From: Marsupella aquatica
Taxonomy: Eukaryota > Plantae > Marchantiophyta
Length of the DNA stretch: 64,000 nt
NCBI GenBank assembly: GCA_973895155.1
Contig: OZ316896.1
Coordinates: 18,464,754-18,528,753 of the forward strand
Direction: 5' to 3'
Made by a program: the position numbers and the translations under genes. Positions 12,150 to 25,162 of this stretch are shown piece by piece. Below the pieces are notes generated by a model. That model did no database searches. It saw only the letters and a program-made list of their open reading frames with translations, and was not told where the DNA came from. The stretch's first letter is position 1. Every line of letters starts with the position of its first letter.

Positions 12150-13791
12150 TCATCCTTCCGTTTTCTTCTCCCACCAGTCAAGGAACTTCAAGTTTGTATC
12201 GAGGCAGTCAAACTTATACAGACCAAGACCAAAGTTGGCACCCTCCTCCGCTATAGTCCAGCTGACTACTGCGCCTCCAAGGAATCCCAGGAACGCCCCT
12301 ACATCCCATTGCAGAGAAATCTAATCAGTTAGTGTGAAATGACATAATGCACAAAACCTATTTACAAAGGAAAAGTCTCTCTTTCTCAAAATTTGGACAG
12401 TTTTCCAAAGATTACACCCGTACCATTGGATCGTTCAAGCAGTGTAATACAATGTGTAACGTTTGGTTTGGTGCGGGTCAACACAGGAGTAAATTCGTCA
12501 ACTCTCCTGCGCTGCTAGGGAAGGTCAGGAAATGGGAACCCCAAAATACCAATTTCCAAAACTATTGTCCTGGTGCTCAATGATCTTAGGTGATAAATTG
12601 CATAGTAACTTTAATAAAGCCTATGAGGGTTACTGCTGTCCTCACATGTTTGGACCTCTATTTACCCCAAATGCTTTGCAAATTGAGCCAGAAATCATCT
12701 GAGAGCTCGACAAACCGCATCGAACATTTGCAGCTCTGGTTCACAGGTAAAGGTTAATAAGGCTATAGCCTTTCCTGTCGCAATCCGTTAAATCTCTCAG
12801 GTTCCAATTCCAATACAGAATAAAAAACCTCCATTATTATTGATTCCTGGAACAAGAATTGGAGGTGTCACCACCTGGACTCCGCTGCTATGAAAGTGAT
12901 GTGACGTAGACCTAACTACATTGCATTTGGTTTGCATTGCAACAATATCAATAAAATGGTGTCACCAAGGGCCAATGCCCTGTCAAGAATGCATTGACCC
13001 CTTATGATGCCTTCCTTCACCAATTTACTGTCCACACAACTAAGGCAAGACCTATCATCGATGAGCACCGATAGGTCTAACTTACAATTCATCACTCAGA
13101 CCCACACGATGAGGCGAGGAGTAGGGGAGACTCTGCAGCTACTGTACTGGTGTCAAATCCTCTACAAAGACGTGACCAGCACCACAAAACCTAAACCTAC
13201 ATGAAGGCCGCAGGTTCTTTACTTGAAAATTCACGACGGTAGAAACGAACTCCTCCTAGCCATTGCCAAAGAAAATCAAACATGCAGATCGTCTCCGACA
13301 GTCATCGAGCCGCAACAGGGAGACACACCTAATGAAGATTTCGAGTGGCGGATGACAACGGCTGCGGTGGTAAGTCCTCCCACAACAGCTCCACCCGCGG
13401 CTATCTGAGCTCCCTGTCTCGTCAGCTGAAGCTGAGGAACAAGCAAAGATCACAAGATAGAAAGCATCAATCCATGTTAGTACACAACAGCCTAAAGACA
13501 ACACCGCACCGACAGCACGGAGAAAACACGGGCCACTATTCTCGAAAGAACACAAATCAGCCAATCTGAAGGAAGCCAGGGCCCTACCCTAGGGCCGTGC
13601 ACGGGATCGGATTTGATGAATTCGTCAACATCCTCCGGGGTCCATGGCTTCAGAGGCTTCGTCCTGTGGTCGGAAATGCTTCTGAGCTTGTAGTAAACGG
13701 CGAATCGCTCGCGCCATGCAGCCTTATCAATCGCCCACCATGGCTGGTAACCTGTTGGTTTCGGGCTCTGGCTTTCATCTCCCCCTCCCAT
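12150..13791 (-). CDS. SDH6: Succinate dehydrogenase subunit 6 (plant-specific complex II subunit), 151 aa; exons 13791-13588, 13431-13329, 12298-12150
   Basis: Spliced protein ..KPLKPWTPEDVDEFIKSDPVHGPR/LQLTRQGAQIAAGGAVVGGLTTAAVVIRHSKSSL/GAFLGFLGGAVVSWTIAEEGANFGLGLYKFDCLDTNLKFLDWWEKKTEG* follows the plant SDH6 pattern (PLPSW..DVEEFI.SDPVHGP ... KFMEWWE). GT-AG introns keep frame; total 456 nt. Confidence 0.92.
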
Positions 13792-13947
13792 GGTGGGAAC
13801 TACAGACCATTCCCAATTCCGTCCCCCTTGTCAATCACCTGAAGGAAACCCCTAAATCAACCAAGCAAGCAAACGTGACCAGAATCCCAAGAGAAATCAA
13901 CAGAGTCGACGAGAAACCTCGATGTTGCGCGAGGAGAATGGGAATGA

Positions 13948-15045
13948 GCGATTGCGGAGAAGAAGAGAGGAACAAGTGGAATGTTCCTCTGCAAACTTGA
14001 TGCTAGGATAGACCATCACGTTTCCTAGAGCATATTTTGGCACCAAACAATGAGGTAGCATTTGTATTTGATACTAGTATCTAGACTAGGATAGACCACA
14101 ATGAAAAGTAACCTTTTGTGGTAGCGATTGGGGAGAAGGAGGGAGGAATGCGTGGATTGTGGCCTGTGCAAACTTCATGCTAGGATAGACCATCACTTTT
14201 CCTCGAGCATATATTTTGGCACCAAAACATGAGGTAACATTTGTCTTTGAGACTAGGCTCTAGACTAGGATAGACCACAATGAAAAGTAACCTTGTGCGG
14301 TAGCGACTGGGGAGAAAGAGGGAGTAATGCATGGAATGTGGCCTGTGCAAACTTGATGCTAGGATAGACCATCATGTTTCCAACAGCATGTTTTGGCACC
14401 AAAACATGAGGTGACATTAGTTTTTCATACTAGTATCTAGACGGATAGACTACAATGAAAGGTAACATTGTGTGGTTGATTAGCGGAGCAATTGGGGAGG
14501 AGGGAGTAAGGAGTGGAATGTGGCCTGTGCAAACTTGATGCTAGGATGGACCATACGTTGTTTCCTACAGCACATGTTGGCACGAAAACATGAGGGACAA
14601 TTTCTTTTGATACTAGGACTAGGATAGACCACAAAAAAAGGTAACATTTTATGTTTGATAAGCAGAGTGATTGCCTTGGGGAGAAGGAGGGAGGAACAAG
14701 TGGAATACCTAAAACTAAAGGGGTCTAATTTAGACCCCTTTAGTTTTAGGTATTAATTAAAAATGTATAGAATAGAAAGGCTACCCCTTGATAAGGCAGA
14801 TTGAAATGAAAATACATGACACAAAAATCTGAATAAGACAAAGTCTGAAATGTGCATTCACCAAAATCTGAAATGTGCATTCAAAATTGATAAGCGGAGC
14901 AATTGGGGAGGAGGGAGGAATGATTGCAATGTGGCCACTGCAAAACTTGATGCTAGGATAGACTATCAGGTTTCCTACATCGTATTTTGGCACCAAAACA
15001 TGAGGGACAATTTTGATACTACTGGATCCACACTAGGATAGACAA
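13948..15045. repeat. Tandem array of ~180-bp units (five near-complete plus one partial) immediately 5' of SDH6
   Basis: Recurring gtggaatgtggcctgtgcaaacttgatgctaggatagacc...ttttggcaccaaaacatgagg...ctaggatagaccacaatgaaaagtaac; units start near 13950, 14127, 14306, 14490, 14676 (partial) and 14900. Confidence 0.92.
14704..14754. repeat. Perfect palindrome, 25-bp arms with a 1-nt spacer
   Basis: aatacctaaaactaaaggggtctaa-t-ttagacccctttagttttaggtatt. Confidence 0.95.
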
Positions 15046-17199
15046 CAATTTTGGTTAGGGTGCTATTGGTATAGAGGGACGGGTCAAGAGATGCCTCCCA
15101 CACTGGCGACTCTGAGTCTCGACCCGGAAAAAAGAGAAACCTAGGCCTGGCAGCATAGCACAAGCAAGAGTAGGTGGAGATGGTGCATCAGCAATGGCAG
15201 AATGCCGGAACAGTGGTGCGACACTAGGAATATTTGTGGTTTTTAGCGGCAGAACAATACTGTCATTGTGTGTTGATTAGTGGCTCAGTAGGTAAGATTA
15301 GGATGAAACTCAAACAAGACCGTCAACTTAGGTTAGGATTCTAATCAACATCACATAGGAATTAGTCAATCAAGTTCTAGGTATTTGAGCTGCAAGTCAC
15401 CTGCACCACAGGGCTGACAATCACATGCGACTACTTTTGTATGAAGTAATCAGTTAGGTAATAAGGATAGGACCGCTTGGGGGAGGTGGCAGCCTCTCTT
15501 GTCCCTTGGGCAAGTAGAATTTTGTGTGCCCCCGTTTCCAAAGGAAGGGTGGATTGTAGTTTAGTTCAGCACGGTAAGGCTATGTGGTATATATGTGGGG
15601 AGTCCCGGCCTGAGTAGGATTAGAGAGCACTTGTACTTAAAAGGGGTGTTTTTCTTAATTGTAATGATTTGACGTTGGAAAAAGAGTGCATGTTTGTGAT
15701 TCCTTTGGGCACATTTAGGACAAGGCTCTCCGAGGTGTTTTTTTCTCTAGGATACTTGTTGTTCTCTAGGACCTGACCTTAGGAAGTTGGTTCTGGCATT
15801 TTGGGACTTTTTTTCAAGGAGATGCCAATCAAATATATAGTGCGATGCTATCATTCTCCAATAAACAGATGGAACGTAGTTGAGCTTAGTGATTCATTTG
15901 GGACCCTTCTTTCTTTCTGGTTGAGTTGTGTTCTACTTAATTTGTTGCAAATTTTGGGAAGAGTATATAACTTAATTGATGGCCCAATATCCATATACCT
16001 TTACTCAACCTTACCAAATGAGTGGTAACATTAAGTGCTTATGTAAGGAAAAATCTTCACTATTTTCATTTGGAATAGTAATTGGATAATATTTCAATTT
16101 TCATGACTAAGTCAATATGGCATCCATTTTGGAGTATTTTGGGCGCTTAGAACTAAAGAAAATTTCTCTACTGACAAAGAAGACTGTTTTTGTTGGTAAT
16201 TAATTACCCCATAATAGTTCTCCTTGGCAAGTGGCTGCCCTTGGCCCTTTAAGACAGTCAATTGGCACCAGCCCTCAATCTAATACCGCCAGTGAGCATT
16301 TGCAAGCCTCAATGAGTGTGTCACCAAATGGTCAGTGTGTGGGCCTGACTTCCTTATTGGATGTCTAGAGCCATCCGGGGTATTACAAAATATTTTTGAG
16401 TAAATTAAGTTCATTTGGTATTCTACCATTGAGCAAATTACTTGAGTCAGTATGAGTAAAATGTGAAGCACTCATACTCAAATTTTCATAAACCATAGAG
16501 GCTAAATCAAGTATTTATATAAGGACCTAAATATACTTTATATTTTTACTGAACTCTATTCGTGGAATGGAGCGAAGCCTTCAATTAAAGTGCTCTGGCC
16601 TCTGACAAAATATCTTTAAGACATGAGTGAGGACAGAGTTAGTGACAGGGAAAATCTTTGGAAAGAAGTGATGCTTTGGTCATTGACACTGTTTTGTATG
16701 GACAGAAAAGTAAACACTAGTATCCATGCATATTTATATGTTTTGGCCCAGTCCATCCAAGTATCATTTATCCGGGGGCTTCATGGACAACCTACCAGTC
16801 CATCCAGGCTTTAAGTTCGAGAACCAATTAACCTTTTCTATGATTTACGAGTATTTATGGAAATTTAATTTCCAAATAGCTAGTGGGAAGCTAGGCTCAT
16901 CTCTCACCACCTTGTTTCTCTCCCTCATAGGCTTGGTAAAAACTTCACAAACTAAGTGTTGCTATCCATGTATTGTGGAGGTTTAGGGTCCTCTTTTCGC
17001 TAGTTCTCTATATAGTCTGTTCATGTATCTTGGAGGCTTCCAAGTATTTTGGAGTTTGAAAAGTGAACGTAGTGTAATTTTTTTTCCAGGCTAAATGTTT
17101 TGGGCAAGTAACTAACATTAGCATTTAGTTTGGAGGGGAGACTATACTTGTTTCACAACTACTTAAGCTGAGCTCCGTCTTCAATTTATTCACTTCTTC

Positions 17200-17822
17200 T
17201 TCGGTGAATCTGCTCTTGCTTCTCAGTGCTCAGCTCTGTCATCGCTTCCCAGTGCTTTCAACTCTCAGTGCTCAACTCTGCCATCACTTAAGTGGGTTTT
17301 CGTTCAGTGTTGTGCTCCAGTGGGTTATTGTTTAGTGTTGTGCTCCAGCGGGTTATCGTTCAATGCTATGCACCATTGCTGTCGGTTACTTTACTCTGAC
17401 TTGCTTCCCGGTGCTTGGCTCTCAAGTCTTAGTGACCTTTGACAGATCGCTTGTCATTCTAACCAGCGTTGTGCTAACAAGTGCTTTGTTTCAGTGACCT
17501 TTGACCAGTGCTCTGTTTCGTTGTGACCTTGTGCTAACCAATGTTCTGCTAACTAGTGTTGTGCTAACTAGTGCTCTGGTTTGTTGTGATCATTGATAGA
17601 TTGCTTGTCATTCTAACCTGTGTTGTGCTAACTAGTGCTCTGTTTCACTATGACCTTTGACAGATTGCTGGTCATTCTCACCTGTGTTGTGCTAACTAAT
17701 GTTGGGCTAACCAGTGTTGTACTAACTTTCTCTGTTTGTTGTGATCTTGACAGGGTGTTGGTCATTTTAATCTATGTTGTGCTAACCAGTTTTGTGTTAA
17801 CCAGTGTTGTACTAACTTTTTC
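17200..17822. repeat. Degenerate minisatellite upstream of the Replitron ORF
   Basis: Many gtgttgtgctaacYagtg motifs and four gacagattgcttgtcattctaacc-like units. Confidence 0.85.
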
Positions 17823-17862
17823 TTCCTTACTTAATTAACCTTCGTAACGTCCTATAAGCTTC

Positions 17863-19250
17863 ATGTCCTTGGAAAGCCAACTTCCAGAGGAACCCCTCAC
17901 ACCTCATGAAATATCTGACATAGGAGAATCTATCTTGGAAAATATTACAAAAGAAACTCCTAGTTGTGTAAGAGACATGAAATATTGTTGGATTGTATGT
18001 AGACAAGGGCAAGAGAAAATACTTGGTGGTCCATTTCAAACTTTAGATCCAACTCCAGAAACTGAGGAGGATGAGACTCACATAGTAGAATGTAAAGAGA
18101 AAGTGTTTTTTCTTGTTAAAGTGACGATATTTATTATGTTTTTGTGTTTGAACTTTGACCTTGAATCTGTAAAGAAGGGGACAAAACATTTCAGTCTAGA
18201 GAACTTTGTGCTCATTTGAAATGGCTTCTTTGAAAAGAAAGGCAAGACTCGTCATGGCAGAGGACAAAAATATTAGTATGGTCGATAATGTGAAGGAATT
18301 GAGTATTACCATTGGATACTTAGCGCGCAGATATAAATCCGACTGACATTGACCTCATAAATACACTGATGAGAGACCATTGCGTATCAGGTCTGGTTGC
18401 CATTGAGAGAGGTGATATCAAAAATTACTTGCATATGCAAATGGTCGTGAGAGCAAGAACCAAATCTGCTAGAACCTTTTGTGTGCTTGTGCAAAAATAT
18501 ATGGGTTGACATTGCCTGAAAAACATGAATCATATTGGTAAGGTGAATTGTAAGTTACTAACAAATAGATTTATTCACACCTACAAAGGGATGATTGACT
18601 ACTCTTTGAAAGATAGAGGTGCAGAGCATTTTGAATCTGTAATGTTCAATGTCACTAATGCAGAAGTGACAATAGGTAAAACATTGCATTCTTCTATGGC
18701 AAAGCTGATTTGAAGCCCAGGGTAACTTTAACTAACAGAAACATGGGTAAAAAAATGTATGTATGAAATAAGTATAAATGTGATAGACCTCTTGTTGCTA
18801 CTTTCCTATCTACCCTTATTGATATGATAAGTCTGGGATTTTTATGTCTGTTGCAAGTTCAATTATTCCTCTGAATGGGCAAGGTATGCAATTTTCTAGG
18901 ATGACTTCACTGTGGAAATGTATAATAGACCCCTATAATGTTAAGGAAGAGGATGTGGAGGACATTTTTGTCAAGAAGCAAAGATCCCAACATTGTATAT
19001 ACTGGGATGACGATTCTAGTGAAGAGGATTCCCCAAAAAGTAATGTTATGAATGTGTCCCCTGTCAAAAGGTCATTCTAGAAATCTCCAGTGAAAAGAGA
19101 GGCTAAAGAAAGAGTTGTGAGGTTTGATGATATTTTTACAGAGACAAGGAAAGAATCAATGGCGACCTGCTCTTGGAACAACTTGCCTGGACAGGTGCCT
19201 TTGAAAGACATTATGGAAATGTCAAATTTTGAAAGTTTTGAACTCTGAAA
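17863..19250 (+). pseudogene. Decayed Replitron HUH-endonuclease (Y1) transposase
   Basis: Reading across frameshifts and stops: ELSITIG..GLVAIERGDIKNYLHMQMVV (18402-18449) ..MG*..VNCKLL..IHTYKGMIDYSLKDRGAEHF..NV (YxxK at 18600-18611) ..YGKADLKPRVTLT..GMQFSRMTSLWKCIIDP..EDVEDIF. Motif order matches Replitron transposases as recalled. Confidence 0.8.
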
Positions 19251-19699
19251 TCCAGGCAAGTTTTGAACTCTGAAATGCGCAATTTCTTTAAAGGGGTTAA
19301 ATATACTCAAAAGTGGTGTATTAAGTTTTTGTGCAAAAGGGGTTTGGAGTGTCATATTTTGGATGGAAGTCTTATTTTAAAGGCATATTAAAACTATAAC
19401 TTATGCTAAAATAAATCAGAAATAAAAACATAACTATGGATCACCATATAGCAATGTTAGAATATTATTTGAGGCTGCTATATGGCAGAATATAGTCTGG
19501 CTACCTTATCTTATTCAAATTGTTTGCAATGTATTTTTTATATTAATTTAGTTTATTCTATGCTTCTCATATGCATTATTTTAACTTTACCTATTTATTT
19601 CAATTCCTATAATTTCTTTGTTTTTTAGGTATGTTTTTTCTTTCTTAGCACTCCTCATTATTTGCATGAAAATGTTTTAACTCTCCAGGCTCCACTAGG

Positions 19700-22600
19700 C
19701 AACCCTAGTTGTACTCTATCCTACCATGCAGGTAGCATATTTATCCATCAGTTGAAAGGTTACAATGCTTATGGTTTATGGATCAACAGGTGTGTCACCT
19801 AAATAGAGAGCCACTCCAAATAGATAGAGGGATCCAAAGTTAACTTACTTGTTTGAATCACAAAATATTGTATCTTATAAAGTACATATGTTGTCATCAT
19901 ACCTCGTTCCAAGGGGGTATTGTCACCATTTGTTACCTTTTGTGCCACACCAGTCACTTTCTCTCTCATCCAAGACAATAAAATATATTATTTAATTCAA
20001 ACATTAAATGCATAGGGAATCCCTCCCTCACTTCACTCGCTTTTATTCTCACCATAGGCAATTAAACATATTCTTTAATTCAAATACACCTTACAATAAC
20101 AACATAAATATTCATTGTCTAGATAGAATAACTCTAAATTTCTTAAATTTTGAATAAGTTAAAGTAGGCATGTAGTAGGAGGAGCCAGCTATATATGCTA
20201 TATGTGGCTATGAAAATTTCTTTTGTAAAACAACTAAAGTATGTCTCAACATAACCAATAGGAAAGAAAAGTCATTAAGTCACCTGACGATGAATAGGAT
20301 GATTCTTCCCCGGCTGAAACTTAGTTCCATGACCCCTTGGTCATGTAAGCTTGATGCTTTCAAAAGTTGGAGGGATGAAGAGTTGCATATTGGAATAGGT
20401 TTGAACATGGAGATGAGAGGATAAGATTAAATAGATAACTCTAAATAAAGTGGATTTTAAGGTAGTTAAATCATTGGAGACAAATATGAGATTAATTATA
20501 TTTATGGTAACAGGTCATGCAAAATGTTTCCTTGGTATTCCTCTGTCCATAGTAGCCTCTTATTTTTTCTTGGCCCACCTCTATCCATATATTGCATGCA
20601 AAATGCTACAGAAATCAAAAGGTTTACTTCTAACCATAAATATTTCAAAAAATTTGTCAATTGAATTCAAAATTCAAAAATAGATTAGGAAACATTGATA
20701 TATCAATTATATCCCATCAGAAGATTATTTTCTCTTGCCCTTTTGCTTGTTGATTTGAAATGTTACTTTTTCATTTCCATTGTTTTTACTATTCAGGGTG
20801 TAATTGTTTTTATTTGCCTTGCCTCAAACAAGATTTGTTAGGTTTAGTTACGGACCCCCATGAGAAGTCCCTTGCAAATTTCCTGCCACGAGGTTGCGCC
20901 ACATCAGCAAACCAGCCACAAACAGGAAAGATCTTAATTATGACAGTAACAAAAGGGCACATTCCATTTTGTGGCAAAAGAAATGTAATTTTTGGGGCAC
21001 CATGCCGTAAATATTGAACGTAAAAAAAACATAATAGAAAGAAAGAGATGTCATTTAGTAAAACAAAGTTACCATTCTAATGTTTGTCAATGATATATCA
21101 GTGTTTTACATCAAAATGCTTTTATTTTTAAATCTCTCAAAATTCATTGGAAACTAAGCTAGAGCAAAATTAAAAACTCATCATCTCCTTAGTACTTGAC
21201 AAAATCTATCAATGTTAAGTTCATTGGAAAGCTAGAGAAATTCACATACTCACGATCTCTTTAATTCTTGACAAATACTTCCAATGTCACACATTAAAAA
21301 ACTAAAGAGATTGAAAACCTCATGATCTCTTTAGTACCGTGACAAAATCTGACATAAAATTTGTCAATGTCGGACTCAATGTTGAAAAGCTATAAGAATT
21401 CATGAACTCATGATCAAAATTTCTTATTGTCACACTCATTGGAAAGACAAAGATATTAAAAAACTCATTTGGAACTTGATAAAAATTGTCAATCCGAGAC
21501 TCATTGGAAATCTTTTCTCTATTGAGAGACATCACAATCCTGTCACCGTCACAAACTTAGCCATTGCAAATTGATTTATTTTATTACGTTGTCATTGCTT
21601 GTCCGCAACGTTTGCTTCCTGACTTGAATTGTTTGCGTCCCTCCAGGCTTTAACGAAGCTCACTCTGAACACAGGCTGACACCAAATGTAGCCTCTGTGT
21701 GACCAAAGAAACAATCGTTGGTCTTCCCCTCACACAATAGCTTTCTTAAATTAAAAAAACTACAAAACCTGTATGTGAAGTGATGGCTCGTCCATTTTTT
21801 GCGTTCTTCCCACCAAAATGACTAGCACCCTTTTGCCAACAGTTGAGTCATGTTTTCCGGTCTGTCTTGTGGCGATAATTCTCAACGTAACTCACAATCA
21901 AACAATTAATCAAGAATGATAGAAACACCATTTCTCCAATGTTTGAGCAAAAACCGTCCAAAAAATTCTTACACATTTGACCTTTGGTTTGATGAACCAA
22001 AGAGATCATTTCAACCACTCAGATTGATCTCTATCTTTTGGAGCATTCTTTTTGGTACGAGCATACACCAAGATCACTGGGAGACTCAAAACCATCGGTT
22101 ATCGCCTTGTAGAAAACTGATTTCACTTTATCACACACATTCCTTGGATGAACATGGGGGTCCACGGATTAATTCTTCTTACTTAAACCAACATTTCTTG
22201 TTTGTGACCAATAGCACTGATGTGGATATATTTGCAAACGGGATTTTGTGACATTAATGCTGATATGGATGCATGTGCAGCTAGGATTTTGGAAGGAGCT
22301 TCCCATGGAGGTCCATAACCAAAGTGCCAAAGTCCCCTTTAGCAACCTGAGCTCTACTCCATCTTGACTGCACACCAGTGGTTAAACTAGGGTTTAGCCA
22401 TGGGTTAATCCATCTTGGCAGGTCAAAGGAGATAACAAGCAATTTCTACTCTATGAGCATGATTGTGGAAGACAAATCTTTCATGTCAATCAATATATGA
22501 TCAAAATTTTTGAGGTGGTTGAAGGCAAAGATTGTGGAGGTGGGATGTGTGTAGTGGTTGCTGCATTGTCATCAAGTATTGCTCCAAAAAACCTAGTGTA

Positions 22601-24395
22601 GACTTGTATCTCATGTCAAAAGATATTTGAGCGTTGTAACCAATTCCCTTTAGTTTTTAATTTTGTGCCTTGCATAAATACCTACACCTTTCATTTAGCG
22701 ATGCCTTTCCCTGACAATTCTTAGAGTGCGGCTTCTCAACATCTAGAGCAGCTCTTGGTGACACAAGTTCTTTCTTAGCTGAGCTTGTTGCAAGTGTTTT
22801 GTATTAACTATGTTGAATGAAAATCCATGTCAATCCATTGCCATGTTGTTCAACTATCTTCCTCCTTTGGCTATGTTTCTCATTACATGTGGATGAGTCC
22901 ATCAGTGATTGAGTGATTTATCATTGAAATATCCAATACTTATGAATAAGTCCATAAGGAGTGAGAGTTTACAAACAAGTTTGATATTGCAAAGTATTCA
23001 ACATACACCCTGATCTTACAATCCCAACCATCAATCTGCACCTGGTAGAACCCTCAATGGTGTCTTTGTTAGGGACGAGTCATACTCAATAAACACACTA
23101 CTCAAGACCATCAGATGGGGAAGGGTTAATTTACTCTTGACGCAGAAGAAGCTGTCGTGTAAATGGTTGACTCAACTTCGAAGTGACTAGCAAGCCTAAT
23201 GATAGTTGATGCCAAATATTCAATGAGACCCTGTCAACAAGTTTGTTAGCTACAAAGAAACATAAACGTTTGTGCTTGAGTTTGTGATTCGAGAGTGAGA
23301 AGGCTAGCGAATTTGGATACGTTGGCTATAGCTTTGGGATCATCAATAGATTCCCTTTGGACGTTTGGTAGTTTCCTCCAATTTGGTTTGGCCACATTTG
23401 TCTCTTATTTTGAACAGGTGTTGTCTCGATTATGCAAACACCTGAAAGGTTTGATGTTAACGATGCAAAACGGCACTGTTCTCGAGAGAAACAGAGGTTT
23501 CTAAAGTAGAATTTAAACTATGTCAGGAACCCTACACATTTTTCCTGGAGAATGGGGACACTTTCTAAAGCTGCATGATAGGTTCACTTGAAAGGTCTAG
23601 CAGAGATAAAAGGGTCATGCATGCCATCAACCTCTCAAATTTTGTGGCTGTGACAATGTCCACCAAACCCCGCTTCTAATGGAACGGTTTCGTCACCCTA
23701 AACTCAAAGCTATGAGGAGGAATATGCTCTCTGGGGTCCAAAAGTAACTCTATTGCATTCACCATGCACCATTGCGCCATGACTGAGACAATAGTGTCAA
23801 CATTTATTCTTGGAGCCTTCAAATACCACTGTAAAGGTGCTTTGAAGACAAATATATATCTAAAGCCCTTCTTGACCTACATTTCTCTATCTACTTCTCA
23901 CATGGAGTCCGTATCTAACAATGGCGTTGATTTCATTATTCAGTGATAATTCAAAGCCAGACAGAGATGCCAATAAAGCAGTTATCATACCAATCGACTA
24001 GGATCTTGCTTATCGAGACTTATTTGGGTCGCTTTATGGATACTTTATTCTTGATTTTGTTATGGATTGCTTTGCAATGTGATACACGTTGGCCACTAAC
24101 TCAAGCATGCCAACAATTTCCCTCCACCATTTCGTAGCAGTAGGCGACACTTTCTGGAGAGCCAGCTTCGAAATTGAGATGGGTGGTGCTAATCAATTGA
24201 GAGGTTGACATGATGTCTGGGACAATGGGATACCAGGTCACTCTTAATGCCTTTTTTGGGGTCTTGAAAGAAATAGCTTACGAGGAAGGCGTCATCTTTG
24301 GGAAAACTTGTTTGTTGGGAAAACCTGTGAATGGCTCACTTACAGTACCTATATGTAACATTCCAGAAAGAGGCCAAACTCACTCTCCCAATGCA
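19700..24395 (-). mobile_element. Heavily decayed DNA-transposon-like region with a SWIM zinc-finger remnant (possibly MULE)
   Basis: Minus strand ~22215-22290 reads PSCTC...(frameshift) PVCKYI, resembling SWIM CxC..CKH. The surrounding DNA is AT-rich and stop-ridden; boundaries are guesses. Confidence 0.3.
21140..21520. repeat. Degenerate short tandem repeats
   Basis: Recurring ctcatgatctcttta, tgacaaaat, tcaatgt and tcattggaaa motifs at roughly 60-70-bp spacing. Confidence 0.6.
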
Positions 24396-24410
24396 AAATC
24401 AGCCAAGATT

Positions 24411-25162
24411 ATCGGTGGCTGGAGGCCTATTTATCAAAGTTTTTTCGAGAACTTACGGGAATTCTTATCTTCTCGTGCTCATCACTCCTAGCCATGCTTT
24501 CTCATGGGAGCGGACATTCTCGTCCCCTTGCTGCCTGGCCTTGACTCTAGATTCTGAGCGGCTTCCACAGATGGGTTGCGCGGGGCACCCTTTGCTCTCC
24601 TTATGTCCTTTGGTACTGGGGTGCCGGGCTGAATGCGCGGCGGAGTCCGGTTGAATTGTCTACTCTGGTTTGCTCCTGGTGCCGGCTGCTGTGGTGGTGG
24701 TGATGGCTAATGGCTTTGATGATCGTAGCGGGACAGCGGGAACCGCCTCTTCGGTTTGGTGGTTTCCTTTTCGGATATGGGCTTGGCGGGTGTTGGCGCG
24801 GTGCATGGGCGGTGGGGTGGGGGCCGGCTTCATCCTCGGCAGGTTCCGTGGGCGCGTCTGAGGACTTTGTGTTGGTTGTCCGGTCTTGGTTGGATTGGGT
24901 GACTCATTGGCTAGTTTCGGCCTGTTATGATTAGTTTGGTCTTGCCTTTGGATGCCTCCTTCTTTCAGGCATCAGGGCTTCTTTTGTTTCCTTTCCTCTT
25001 CTCTGGGTGCGCTCCTTCTCTCAGCCCCCTTAATTGTGCTTTTTTCCTCCGCGCCCCCCCCCCCCCCCCCCACCCCGCACCTTTGGGCGGTGTTCGTTGT
25101 CATGTTCCCATTGAATATTGTAGTTCCCGGGGTAGTCCCGTTTTGAAAAAAAATAAATAAAT
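24411..25162 (+). mobile_element. Retroposed insertion (5'-truncated LINE or SINE-like) with A-rich tail and 15-bp TSD
   Basis: AAATCAGCCAAGATT at 24396-24410 and 25163-25177 flanks a 752-bp GC-rich segment ending in aaaaaaaataaataaat. Confidence 0.88.

Noticed and set aside
9588-15045. Repeat arrays as CRISPR-like loci
   Set aside because: Units are repeated along their whole length with no unique spacers, there are no cas genes, and the context is eukaryotic.
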